Source of the DNA: Dictyostelium discoideum
Taxonomy: Eukaryota
Length of the DNA stretch: 64,000 nt
Assembly (NCBI GenBank): GCA_000004695.1
Contig: CM000151.3
Coordinates: 1,472,001-1,536,000, forward strand
Direction: 5' to 3'
The position numbers were made by a program, and so were the translations under genes. The notes below the pieces were generated by a model. The model was not told where the DNA came from and searched no databases. It saw nothing but the letters and a program-made list of their open reading frames with translations. This document shows, piece after piece, positions 18,717 through 31,261 of the stretch (its first letter is position 1; every line of letters begins with the position of its first letter).

Positions 18717-20243
18717 TTAATTTTTAAAAATAAATTTCACAATTTCAAAATAACATTTCCTAATTGCTTGATCAATTGTTGGTTTTGGATTGTTTTCAAT
18801 TTTTTTTAATTTGTTTTTTGATAAATAAAATTCAAATGATTTAACATCACCATTAAATAAATTATCAGGTGAGAAATTTTCATTTACAACTTGATCGTAA
18901 TTGGAGATAAGTTGTTTATTTTCATATAAATATTTAACAATTTCAAATTTACTTGTAAAACATTCAATTGGATATTTAAAATCTTTTTTATATTTAAATA
19001 TAAATTGTATGAAAATATCAAGGTATTCAATATCAAAAAGATTATTTGTAATATTTTCTACTACTCTTTCTAATAGTTTTATATTATTTAAAACTATTGA
19101 ATTATTATTATTATTATTTTTAATTAAAGATTGAAATTCTTCTTTTGATGGATTGGATGAAAGGCTTGATAAAATTATATTAATGTTGACATCGGTTAGT
19201 GAATTTAAATCTTCAGAGTAGTTAATGTTACACATTGACACACCTGATTTTAATTGTAAATTTTTAACGAAACCACCCCAAATATATTTGACAACTTGGA
19301 AATCCAATGGTTTTTGTAAATCACTACCATTGACCAAGAGAAAAAGTTTAGAAGAATTGATTTCAATAGTAGGATTTCTTGGGACAATGCCCTGCTCAAT
19401 TAAAAGTTTTGCAAATTCCATTGAAGAGAATTTACATGCAACTTGAACTAATACTTCTTTTGAAAAATTCGATATTAATTTTTTAAATTCACTTGTTGTT
19501 AATAAATAAGTGAAATGTTTAACTAAATTTCTTTTGACCAATGAGTATAATAATACTTGTAATTTATCCACACCACCATTAAGTTCAATATCTTTTTTAT
19601 AAAATTGAATTTGTTCTAAAAATATTTTATAATTTTCACTTTCGCCAAAAGGTATTAAATTATTAATTTGATTGGTATTATGCACTATTTGAGGACCCAA
19701 AGTGAAATTGAACATTGGTTGGTTGTTTTCATCTTTTTCTCTTTTTAAAAATTGAAAAATTTCAAAATTTCCATTAGTTGATGCTGCAACATTTAATATT
19801 GTTTCTTTATTTTTTAAAAATTCTGGGTTCGATTTAAAATAGTGGTAAATTAATTTAAATCTTTGAAATGACAATTCTTTATAACTTAATAAAAGATGGA
19901 ATTCATTATCTGCAACGTTGCAGATATTATCTACATTTTGATCTTGTAACCTTAATTGACAATACCAATATTTTGCAGGATTTTGAATTGCAACTTTAAA
20001 AAAAAAGTCAACAAAATAATTGAATACTTGATACATCTTTTTTTTTAATAAAATTCCCAAGTTTAAATCTTGTGTTTTCATTGACTCTGTAATTTTATCA
20101 TAGATACTATAGTCTAAAAAACCTCCATCTTTTGAGTCTTCAAACATTTGTTCATATTTGACATATCCCCATATAATTTTTGAAATAACTAAATTATTGA
20201 ATACTTTTTTATATAATTTATACATTTTTAAATTAAATTCCAT
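18717..20243 (-). CDS. Hypothetical protein, 508 aa, with degenerate ankyrin-like repeats.
   Basis: Several segments resemble the helix-turn-helix ankyrin consensus (..AIRKCYFEIVKFIF.., ..EFAKLLIEQGIVP.., ..KYEIVKYLYENK..). Confidence is low and no search was run. Confidence 0.45.
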   Translation of the reverse strand: MEFNLKMYKLYKKVFNNLVISKIIWGYVKYEQMFEDSKDGGFLDYSIYDKITESMKTQDLNLGILLKKKMYQVFNYFVDFFFKVAIQNPAKYWYCQLRLQDQNVDNICNVADNEFHLLLSYKELSFQRFKLIYHYFKSNPEFLKNKETILNVAASTNGNFEIFQFLKREKDENNQPMFNFTLGPQIVHNTNQINNLIPFGESENYKIFLEQIQFYKKDIELNGGVDKLQVLLYSLVKRNLVKHFTYLLTTSEFKKLISNFSKEVLVQVACKFSSMEFAKLLIEQGIVPRNPTIEINSSKLFLLVNGSDLQKPLDFQVVKYIWGGFVKNLQLKSGVSMCNINYSEDLNSLTDVNINIILSSLSSNPSKEEFQSLIKNNNNNNSIVLNNIKLLERVVENITNNLFDIEYLDIFIQFIFKYKKDFKYPIECFTSKFEIVKYLYENKQLISNYDQVVNENFSPDNLFNGDVKSFEFYLSKNKLKKIENNPKPTIDQAIRKCYFEIVKFIFKN

Positions 20244-20517
20244 TTGCTAAAAAAAAATAAAAAAAAGAAAAAAAAAATAAAAATTTTAAACTTTTTCAAA
20301 AACAAATTATTTTTTTTTTCTCTTTTTTTTTTATTTATTAAAATAATTAAAAAAAAAATTTTCGTCCAATTTGATGTTTTTTTCTAATTTTCTTTTTTTG
20401 TTTATGTAATAATAATTTTTTTGTAATAGTTTGGAATATAAAAAAATTAAATTTTTTTTTTTGAATTGAAAAAAAACAAAATTTGATCGGTTTAAAAAGT
20501 TTTTCAAAATATCGATA

Positions 20518-20590
20518 GCTCGATTAGCTCAGTCGGCAGAGCGTGGTGCTAATAACGCCACGGTCGCAGGTTCGATCCCTGCATCGAGCA
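20518..20590 (+). tRNA. tRNA-Ile, anticodon AAT (decodes AUU/AUC/AUA via inosine), 73 nt, no encoded CCA.
   Basis: GCTCGATTAGCTCAGTCGGCAGAGCGTGGTGCTAATAACGCCACGGTCGCAGGTTCGATCCCTGCATCGAGCA folds as a cloverleaf. The acceptor stem is GCTCGAT/ATCGAGC, the D arm GCTC/GAGC, the anticodon stem TGGTG/CGCCA with loop CTAATAA, the T arm GCAGG/CCTGC with TTCGATC loop, and the discriminator is A. The internal A-box (TAGCTCAGTCGG) and B-box (GGTTCGATCC) are present. Confidence 0.85.
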
Positions 20591-20623
20591 ACGATATTTT
20601 AAAATATTGTGAAATAGATTACA

Positions 20624-20634
20624 GGTTCAATTCC
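20624..20634 (+). promoter_or_regulatory. Extra downstream B-box (ex-B box) GGTTCAATTCC, 34 bp 3' of the tRNA gene.
   Basis: It matches the B-box consensus GGTTCGANTCC. Many Dictyostelium tRNA genes carry a second external B box 20-40 bp downstream of the coding region. TFIIIC-type boxes are established knowledge. Confidence 0.5.
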
Positions 20635-20699
20635 CACTTCTGAAAAAGGGAAATAAAGATCCTGGAAATTAAAAAAAAAAAAAAAAAAAAAAAACCAAA

Positions 20700-21961
20700 C
20701 AACAAAAATGCTAGTGGATTTCAAGTTATTAATTTAATGAGAACCAAAAGAGCAAGATACCCACTAAAAGTAGGGGGCTGGAACATTTGGAATATAGAAT
20801 TGAGACAACTGGCGCAGAAACTTTGGATCATAAACCAGTTCATCCTAGCACTAGAAACCAAACAAACAAACTCATCTCATCACAAAAGCTGGGAATATCA
20901 GATCCAAAAAAACAAATTCACATCCAGATACCTAAAAGAAAACTTAGACGAATGGAACAAAATAAGAATAAAAAAAGCAATTTTCAACAATAATCTCACA
21001 TCCATAAAAAACGAAAATGGACAACCACTTTCACTGGCAGAATGGTATACCACAATTCAAGACCAAAATCCACCATCCCTAAAACGGAATTCCAATCATC
21101 TCTAAACTTAAGAGGCTACAGCTATAATCAACTCTTCAACAACATACTGAAGATAAAAGACCCTAAAACAAGAGACACAATGTTTAGATTCCATGCCAGA
21201 TGCCTTCCAATAAACTACCTTCACAACAAACAATGCCCACTCTGCAAAGAAGATATGAGCAAAGACCCATACGGTCACCTGTTCTTCTCATGCAAGAAAA
21301 CAAAACAATTCATAAAAATAAATAAACTCAAAAATTTCATCTATATTACCACAGGCAAAGGTAAAAACTGGCACCATACAAGAATTAGGCAAAATAACAA
21401 TTTCATTAATAGAATAACTCCAAAATTATCACCGATAGCCAAAAAAGATCAAGAAGTGAATGCAGATTACGCCAACCACAGATTCCACAAAGAATACTTT
21501 GAATGGAACTATAAAGCAATAGACTATGATCTAACCAGATCATTCGCATATAGAAACCTAATGGCCCTTATCCTCCACAACATTTGGATTTGGATTTGCA
21601 ATCAAATATACAGTGAAGATCCTTTAACAAATGAATCACTATCATACAGCTCCCTTCTAAAGAAATGGCACAAATTGGCCACTCTAGAATACATCAAAAA
21701 AGCAAAAGATCTAAAAAACTTATCAGCAAAAGACCATAATAACTTCAAAGATCCTAAGATCCTTCTCACCTCAACGATCAAGCTAAGAAAAACAACAGCT
21801 AATTACTATTGTATTCCAGAATCATCTCTCCCAAATATTATATCTTTTGATCAATTCATATGATTAAAATAACCCTTCAGCTTAAATGATAAGCCTATAA
21901 ATAAATATTAAATAAAAACTCGTATTAACACAGATGGATATATATCAATCTTGTTAATCCA

Positions 21962-21994
<33 letters not shown>
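20700..21994 (+). mobile_element. 5'-truncated non-LTR retrotransposon remnant, TRE3-like and tRNA-gene-targeted. It retains the ORF2 C-terminal Cys motif, a 3' UTR and an oligo(A) tail, and starts ~110 bp downstream of the tRNA-Ile gene.
   Basis: The ORFs 20737..21105 and 21042..21863 overlap in different frames, which suggests a frameshifted degenerate ORF2. ORF 21042..21863 ends with CPLCKEDMSKDPYGHLFFSCKKTKQF, the CCHC-type motif found at the C-terminus of non-LTR ORF2 proteins. Base composition is GC-richer than the surrounding DNA. An A28 tail lies at 21967-21994. The position of ~100 bp 3' of a tRNA gene is characteristic of Dictyostelium TRE3 elements. Subfamily not determined. Confidence 0.6.
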
Positions 21995-21997
<3 letters not shown>

Positions 21998-22757
21998 ATC
22001 TGATAAAGAATTTTAAAATATTATATATTTTATTTTAAAATTCTTAATTAGATTATTTTAAAAAAATAATACTTGTATGACACAATATTTAAAAAAAAAA
22101 AAATAAAAAAAAAAATTGTATTATCTTATTTATACCAAATTTTTCTTTAACATTAAATAATTCAAATAAAAATCGACTCAATTAAAATAAAAAAAAAATT
22201 TTAGATAAATATTAAAAATAAAAAATAAAAAAACAAAACAAAACAAAATAATTAGCAAATTAGTAGTTATAAAATTTTGATATCTAACCCAATTTCGTTA
22301 CCAAATATATTTATAATTAATTAATTAATTTTTTTGACTTTTAATTTTAAAGCAAAAAGGAATTTTGAAGGACCGATTCATTAAAATTTAGAATATTAAA
22401 TTTTTTTTTTATTCTGAAGTATAATAATAAAAATAATATAGATACCCCCCTACCTCTAACTGAAAAAATAAAATAAAATCTATAAATAGTGGTAAGTATC
22501 TAATTTAAGCAAAGATTAATTAATAAAGTTTAGGTATTTTTTTCGGATTTTTTTTCTCTTTTAAAAAAGTAGAAAAAAAAAAAAAAATCTAAAATCTACT
22601 TGTTTAAATTTGTCATTGACCAATGATATAAAAACATAGATATTTTTAAATTTCTTTTACTTCAAAAACTTGTATTAATTTGAAATAAAATTTAATATAC
22701 TAACAAAATTTTTTTTTCTGAGTGAATAATTTAAAGAAAAAAAAAGTTTAAAAAATC

Positions 22758-24718
22758 ATGGAATTTCACTCAACAAAAACCGAAATTAAAGAACTAAATT
22801 TACAAGTATGTAAAGAATCCGATATTGCAATCATAGGTGTTGGATTTAGATTACCAGGAGATAACAACGAACTAACTGAACTCTGGAAAAATTAAAAATG
22901 TGTTTTCGATGGGATTCAAGAATTTGAAAATGAAAGAATAACAAAAAATTATTCAATTCTCGACCAATTTAGTAGCAATAAAGCTGGTTTGGTAAATTTT
23001 GAACAATGGAAAAATTTCGTCCCAATTTTTTTTGGTATTTCAAATTCAGAATGTTCAAATATTGATCCACAACAAAGGTTATCATTAATATCGACTTGGG
23101 AAGCCTTGGAAGATGCTCATTTAGACCTGTTGAACTACGTGGAACAAATACGTCAGTTTTTATGGGTAGTTTCTCAATTGATTATACTCATGGTTTAAGA
23201 GATAGAAGTGATTCAAAACCAAATACTCTTGCATCAAATTTTCATTGCCTTTCAAATCGTATTTCATAATGTTTTGATTTGAGAGGTCAATCATTATCAA
23301 TTGATACTGCATGTTCATCATCTTCAAATGCAATTATTTCAGGATGTAAAACAATCATTGATGGTTCTTCAAACATTTCTATATGTGGTGGTTCAAATCT
23401 AATTATTGATCCATGTTTCTCAAATTCAATTTCATCTCAAGGAATGAATAGTCATTTGGGTCATTGTATGTCATTTGATGCTTCTGCCGATGGTTATGTT
23501 AGAAGTGAAGGATGTGGAATTTTAGTTTTAAAGAAATTATCTGAACCAATTAAATATGGAAATAAAATCTATTGTGAAATAAAAGGTTTTAGTTCAAATA
23601 ATGATGGAAATGTTGAAAAAGGTAATTTCTTTGCTCCTTCAGTTCTTGGTCAATTTTTAAATATAGAATTGGCTTTCAAATCAACCGTATTACCAGATGA
23701 TATTTATTTTGTAGAATGCCATGGTACAGGTACACCAGTTGGTGACCCAATTGAATTAGAATCAATTTCTAAGGCTTTAAAAATTTCTATTTCAAGATCA
23801 CCAAATTCACCATTATTAATTGGCTCATTTAAATCAAACATTGGTCATACTGAAGCAGCATCTGGTGTTGCATCATTAATAAAATGTTGTTTAATGTTTC
23901 GTCATCGTAAATTGGTTCCAAATATTAACTTTAATAAACCAAATCCAAGAATTAATTTTAAAGATTGGAATTTAAAAGTTGTTACTGAAAAAATATCATT
24001 CCCAAAAGACAAACAAATTTCAATAATTTTGGTGTTACTGGTTCAAATACATGTTTTATTTTATCTGAATACATTGAAGATAATAATAACAATAATGAAA
24101 TGGAAACTACAAATTTGTTAGAAAATGACGAATTTTTAATTCCATTCTCATCAATGACAAATAAGTCAATGGAAAAATATAAAAATCAAATCGAAAAATT
24201 CTAAGTCAACCAAATGGATTTTGTTGAATTTGTTTCAAAACAAATTTGTACGAAAACAACTCAATTAAGTCAAAGATCAGTGGTTTTTTCAAAATTAAAT
24301 TGGGAAGGTTATAATAAAGAAAGTATTTCAACTCAATCAAATAAAGTTTCAAATTTTATGATTAAATCAATTGAACCAACTGTTGTTTTTGTATTTCCTG
24401 GTCAAGGTCCACAATTTAATAAAATGGGAATTGAATTATATGAAAAAGAACTTGATTTTAGAAATTCAATGGATGAAAAAAATGAAATCTTTAAATCATT
24501 ATATGGTTATTCTGTTTTTGATAAATTAAGAAGTATTAAGGATGATGATAAAACTTTAATTGATTTACCATCATTTGGACAACCTGCAATGGTAATGATT
24601 GAAATATCATTATTTAAATTATTAAAAAATCATTGGAATATTCAACCATCTTTCATTGTTGGTCATAGGTATTTATAATTTTTTTTTTTGGAAATTAAAA
24701 TTAATTAATCATCCAAAT

Positions 24719-24758
<40 letters not shown>

Positions 24759-27700
24759 TTAATAGTTTAGGTGAAGTGGCTGCATCATTTTGTTCTGGTA
24801 TGATAGATTTAGAAACATGTTGTAAAATAGTTTATGTTAGAAGTACTTTACAAGATTCACTTGTTGGATTTGGTAAAATGTTATCTGTAACAATTACTAA
24901 AGAAGAATATAATAAAAATTATTTATCACAATTCCCTTCATTAGGAATTGCATGTTTTAATTCAAATAATTCAATTGTAATTTCTGGTAATGAACAAGAT
25001 TTAATTAAATTATCAAATCAATTAAAATCAAATTCAAAACCAAATTTATTTTTAGGTGCAAATGTCTCATATCATTCTTAAAGTCAAATTAAAATTAAAA
25101 ATGAAATGATTTCTGGTATTGGTCAGTATAAAAGTAATGAAGCAGTAACTCCAATAATTTCAACTTTAACATGTGAATTTTTTAATCCAACTCGACATCC
25201 ATTTAATGCTGAAAATAATTTTAAAAGTTCAAAATCACCTGTTTACTTTAAAGGAGCAATTGAAAGTTTATATAAACATATTGAAGATAATAATATTGGT
25301 AGTGGTGCAGTAACATTTGTTGAAATTCCTCCTCATCCAGTTTTATCATTTTATTTAAATGAATTAAAACCACAAAATTCAAATCATTTTTCACCAGATT
25401 CAATTTCAATTTTACCAACATTAAATAGAAAAAAAAATGATATAAAAGAAATTCAAAAAACTGTTTCAACTTTATATTGTCAAGGTTGTAATGTTAATTT
25501 TAAATCTCAATTCAATGGTATCAATAATATGAATGGTATAATTAACGTAAATAAAATATAATCAAAAGATTTACAAGATATCAATGGGATTTACAAAATT
25601 ATTGGAATGAAACATATGAAGCTTATTTGAATAAAATTAATGGTCCACCAATTACAATCTTGGGAAATTCAAATAGTTTAACCTCACCTTTAATTTCAAT
25701 GACAACTTTAAATGATATTTCAAAAGAACCATTCCATTGATCATGTTGTAAACGGTAAATTTTATTTCCCAGGTTGTGGTTATATAGATAATATTTTAAA
25801 TCTTTACCCAAACCAAGATTTATTAATTGAATATTTAGAATTTAAACTTCCATTTATTTTAAAAGAAAACAAAAATTTTGAAATGACAACAAATATAACT
25901 CAAACTGCACCAAATCAAAATAATGTTTATTTTCATATTAAAGATCAAAAAACAAATCAATGGGTTCAAAGTTCAAGAGGTAATTTTTCAGTTTTTAAAA
26001 AACAATTTTCCAATTCTCCCCGACCAACAATAAATAAATACAATATTAAATCATTGAAATTAGAACATAACTATAGTCATTTGTTAAAATCAGATTTTTA
26101 TGATTATGTAAAAAAAATTACAGGAATTAATTTCAAAGGTTGTTTCCAACGTGTTCAAGAATGCTGGATTGGAGAAAATTATTCTATTTTGGTTAAAATT
26201 TCAACTAATAATTTATTATCAGTTCATGATAACAAAGTATTTTTAAACCCATCAATAATTGATAATTGTTTACAAGGATTTTTTGTATCATCATTTATTG
26301 ATCCAAGTGTTGCTGTATTTGATAGAATTGAACATTTAAAAATTTATTCTTCAAATATTCCAAATGTTTCATCAAAGTTTAATGATGAAGAAACTTTTAT
26401 TTATGCAATTGCTAAAAATAATACAGATAGTAGTTTACCAAGTAATTCATTTAGTGGTTCAGTTGTTGCATTTTCAGAGAATGGTCAAATAATATTAGAA
26501 TCAAAAAATGTTATTGGTACATCATTAGTACCAGTTACTGATTGTACTATACCAGAATATCCAACTGAAGATTTTTTTTCATTTATTCTGGAGCCAATTG
26601 ATTCACAAATTTCAATAACACTTCCAAATCAATCAGTTAATGAGTTTGAAAATGAAAAGAACTCTCAACTAATCGATAGTTCAATCTATAAAAAGATGAT
26701 TTCAAATTTATTATTTAATAATCTAAAATTAAGACTTTCAAACCAAATTTCAAAAGAATTATTATTTAACAATTCTGTTGATCAATTATTAAAATTATTT
26801 TTAAACAAAGCCAATTCAAAATATTCAAGATTATTACATTTTGTTTTTGATACATTAAAAGTATCGATAGATGATTTGGATGAAATTAAATGTGATTTTA
26901 CAGGTTCAAGTGAACAATTATTATTTTCAAAATCATCAAAAATCATTTTAAAATTATTATTCCCAAGACCAAACATGATGATGAAAATCAAGATACACCT
27001 CAATCATTATTAGATAGTGGATTAATTGATAATTTATTTTCAAAATTAAATTTTGATATTTATTCATTATCAATTGCAAAAAAAATAATTTAATCAATTA
27101 AACCACTTTTGGACAACCAAACATTAAATTTTGAAAGTTCTTTCCAATCATAATCATTTAAACCATCTTATTATGATATTATTGCATTATCAAATGTTTT
27201 ACATGTAAATGATATTCAATTTAGTATCGAGCAAATTAATGGATTATTAAAATCAAATGGTGATCTATTATTTATAGAAATACCAAAATCAATAATTTAT
27301 TATATAACATTTGTTAGTTTTGAACAATGGTGGATTTTTTCTGATTACAACATTAGAAATGATAGATGTTGTATGGATGCAGATAATTGGGTAAAAATAT
27401 AATCAGTAAATGGTTTTAAAAATTCAATAATATCAAGTTCAAATAATTCATCACTTCCATTTATAATTCAAACTAAAAAACAAGAATTATTATTTGAACC
27501 AATTAACCAACATATGGATTTTGATATTATTTTATATACTGGCAATAGTAATGAAAATTCAAAAATTAATGATTTTATTAGTTTAATGAAAAATGAATTG
27601 TTTTTAAATAATAATGGTAAAATTAATATAATAAAAACAATTAAAGAACTTAAAAATCAAAAAATTCAAGATGAAATCAAATCAATTATTTTTTTTTTAC

Positions 27701-28320
27701 CATCAATTTTACCATTGGAAATGAATAATTATAATGAAACCTCATTGAAATTATTTGAAATGGGTCAATTCTTAATTGATAATAATAAAACTAAATGGAA
27801 AATTGTGGTAATTTCAGAAAATTCTCAATCAGAATCAATTAATTATTTAAATTCATCAGTTTTCGGTGTAATGAAATATTTTGAAAATACAAAAATCACT
27901 GTTTATTCGTTAGATTATGATAATCAATCAATTTCAAATATTGGTTAAATAAACAATTAATTCTTTAATATTAAATTCAAATAAACATATTCAAATAGAG
28001 TATATAATAAGGGAAAATAAAGTTTACTCGGAAAGATTGTATAGAGAATCTATTGATAAAACATTTTCAGTAAATTTCAACAATCAAATAAAAGAAAATA
28101 TATATGCAAAATTAAATACATCATTACAATATGAATCTAACTAACTTTAATATAATATAAATTTAAAGAATATGGCGCAGATAGTCTTCATGCTACAATC
28201 TTTAAAAATATGATTGAAAAACAATTCAACCAACTGAATATTTTAACAACTTCGCAAATCCAAACATTAACAATTAAATCAATAATTAAAATTAATGAAA
28301 AAGTAACAAAAAAAAAATAA
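22758..28320 (+). pseudogene. Type I iterative polyketide synthase pseudogene. KS-AT-DH-cMT..ACP remnants carry multiple in-frame stops and frameshifts, and it is internally shortened.
   Basis: The N-terminus MEFHSTKTEIKELNLQVCKESDIAIIGVGFRLPGDNNELTELWKN is followed by an in-frame TAA at 22893-22895, where the intact paralog at 63421 reads LLNGFDG. The KS motifs DTACSSS, ECHGTGTPVGDP and SNIGHTEAASG are spread over at least three frames (frame shift near 23140; TAA at ~23267 replacing Tyr in ISYCFD; frameshift near 24040; TAA at 24203). The AT domain has FVFPGQGPQ and GHS/LGE split by an intact GT..AG intron at 24669..24768. There are further stops at 25079 and 25559. The DH domain has HVVNGKFYFPGCGY, the C-MT region has LSNVLHVNDIQ..LLKSNGDLLFIE, and an ACP-like EYGADSLHA lies near 28190. 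Total length is ~5.5 kb versus ~8-9 kb for intact Dictyostelium PKSs, so internal parts (ER/KR) are missing. Confidence 0.8.
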
Positions 28321-28466
28321 AATAAAATAAAGTATCAATCTATATTATTTGTTATTATTTGGTTTTGTACAGATTTATTTATTATTTATTTATTTTATCT
28401 TTCAGTTTTTTTTTTTTTTTTTTTTGGTCTTTTTTTTTTTCACCATTTTTTTTTTTTTTTTTTATT

Positions 28467-30593
28467 TTATAACTCTACACTATCAATAAAAGAAGTTAAG
28501 AAAGAATAATAATTACTTTCAATTGGATTGATAATTTTAAATTTTGGAGAGTTTGAATATTGTGAATATTTTCTTGTGAAAAATAAAAGCATATCATTAT
28601 CTACTCTGTATTTTGTATTTTGATTGAAGCAATCTCTAACAGTTTTATCGACATCAACTGAAAAGTAATCTAAATCTGGTGGTGAGTAAATAGTTTGAGT
28701 TGAAGAACCAATATTTCTATTTTGATCGTCAACCATCGATGGATCATGGTACAACTCGATTGATTTCTTCCAATATGATTCAATACCGAATTTATAATTG
28801 AAATCTGTAACCAAAGAACGATCATTGTTTGAATTTGTCTTATCTTCAAATTCAGAGTTTAACTTTTGATTTGGATAAAAGAATGATCTTAGTGTAATCT
28901 TTTGATCTGCTGAAGAGAATTGTTGGTAATGATCATTTAAAAAGTTGTGAGCTGCTAATTTCAATTGGAAAAACTCTTGATAAAATGTATTCCAAACGAA
29001 AATCTCTTGAGAGAATCTTTTCAAAATCGTAAAAGCTACAGAAAAAACATGACCACCAAAATCTTTATTAAAATCCACTGCATATTGTAAATAATATTTC
29101 ATGAGTAATGGTGACATGAAAACACTAAAATTTTGAATCGAGATTACACCTCTACCATAATATTCTTCAATCTTTGGATATTTTGATTTTGCTTCTTTAT
29201 AATTATAACCTACAATCGATAAGAGAATTAAAAGTGGAATATCAGGATTATCAATTGGTAATAAAGAAACTGATTGTTGTGGTGATGTTGCTGCTGTTTG
29301 AATTAAATAACCCAACATTCTATTGGTAATATCATCCAATGGAATATTCTTTATATGAGTCTTTGGATTGTCAGATCTAATTTCATTGAGTACTATTGTG
29401 AATAATTCATTCAAACCTGATTGACCACCAATGAATTGTAAAACCCTATAGATATTTGGGTAATCATGAACGTTGAAACCATCGTCTGGTATTGAAAGTG
29501 GAGTAATACATTCATTCAAGTAATTGATATTATTATAAAAGTTTGGATTTGTTAATCTAAGGATTCTTGAATTTTCAAATACCAACTCACTTGGTAAAGC
29601 AAAACGACATGATACTGTTATAAAAATTCTAACATCATTGAATTTAATTTTTTGAAGTAATAATAATATATCAATTTCAGATTGTGGTAAATCATCAATT
29701 ATAATATGAATTAATGGTTTTTGTGATAAATTATCATTTTCTTTTTTCTTCTCTGAAATTTGTTGTGGTTGTTGCTCACTATCATTTATTTCAACATCAG
29801 TATCTAAATTCTTTTGTTGTGGTTGTAAACCAGTTATTTTTAAAACTAAATTATTAATTTCATTTTCTAAATTTGTTGAATAATTATCTTGATTAAATTT
29901 ATAATGCTGTTTTTTAATGAATGATAAAAATAATCTTTGATCATCATTTAATTTATCTACACCTAAACTATTACGCTCTAAATCCTGTTCGGTCTCTGGT
30001 TGAGGTTGATCATCCAATAATTCATCATCGTCATCATCTTGTTGTTGTTGTTGTTGTTGTTTCTCTAAAAATCTATCGATATATAAAAGTCTATGATAAA
30101 GAATTGTGTTTACACTATCATTATCCTCAAATGATGGAAAAATTGGCATCTCTTTAAATGATAATATGATCTTCTTTGGCTCATCAATCATTTTATCTCT
30201 TCTGAAATTAATATATTTTGAAGCAGCATGGGTCGATGAAACCTCTTGAAGATGTTCCTCCATTAATCTTGGATATGATGAATAACCACTCATAAATTCA
30301 TGTTTCATATGTTGAATGATTTTCTTGAATTTCTTTTTCTTTGCATTACTGTCATATTGATGATAGGCAACTATTGATGGTGTATCTTGAATTATATTTA
30401 AAAAATTACTATTTCTTTTTGAATCTGGTGAAATTACAAACATTATTGATTTGCCATACTTATTATCTTGTGTACAAAATCCTCTTTCAAATTCAATAAC
30501 TGATTCTGAAAGACCTAGCAATTGACGTTTAGTTTCATATTCTTTAAGTTTTGCATCAAATAATGGTTTTAGTTTAAATGATATTATTGAATT

Positions 30594-30624
<31 letters not shown>

Positions 30625-31040
30625 GATGATGGTAAATAATTATAGCTTGTTGGTGTATTAAATTCATTCTTTTGTTTCTTGTAACCATTATCTGCAATTC
30701 CCAATTGATTATTATTGCTATTGCTATTACTATTATTATTATTATTATTATTAATTTCCGCTTCATTTCTACTCATTAATGAATTGTTTGTATAACCATT
30801 TGTATCACGAATACCAGCGGTAATTTTATTACTTGAGTAATCTTTTTGTTGTTGTATTTGCTCTTCTTCCTTTTGTTTTCTTTGTGCACCACCAAATAAA
30901 ATTCTTTCTTGTTTTTCTTTTTCCACTGGTCCTTTTTTTAACATCCTCTTTAAATACACTAAACGAGTTTGTAATACCTGATCATCTCTATCAAATGTTG
31001 ATTCATCAAAAAATAATTGACCTTTATCTGCACCCTCCAT
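28467..31040 (-). CDS. Large hypothetical protein (~857 aa from MEGADKGQLFF) with a possible P-loop NTPase core.
   Basis: The printed ORF starts 17 codons upstream. The N-terminal region is charged and Q/N-rich. The central region carries a Walker-A-like KYGKS (..FCTQDNKYGKSIMFVISPD..), a hhhhDD Walker-B-like motif (PLIHIIIDDLPQ) and a sensor-like IFITVSCR, followed by a long alpha-rich C-terminal region. No family could be assigned from memory. Confidence 0.45.
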
Positions 31041-31230
31041 TTTTAATTTCTTTTTTCTAATTAATTTTAAATATTCAAAAATAAATATCATATTAATATT
31101 TTGTTATTCCATTACTAAATATATGAAATAATAATAATAAATAATAATAATAATAATAATAAATATATATATATATTTATTTATTTTTTCTATTTTATTT
31201 ATTATTAAAAAAAAAAAAATTAGAAATACA

Positions 31231-31261
<31 letters not shown>

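Noticed and set aside
20737-21863. Annotating 20737..21105 and 21042..21863 as cellular genes
   Set aside because: Their composition, the overlapping frames, the CCHC tail motif, the A-tail and the position 100 bp 3' of a tRNA gene identify them as a degenerate retroelement ORF2, not host genes.
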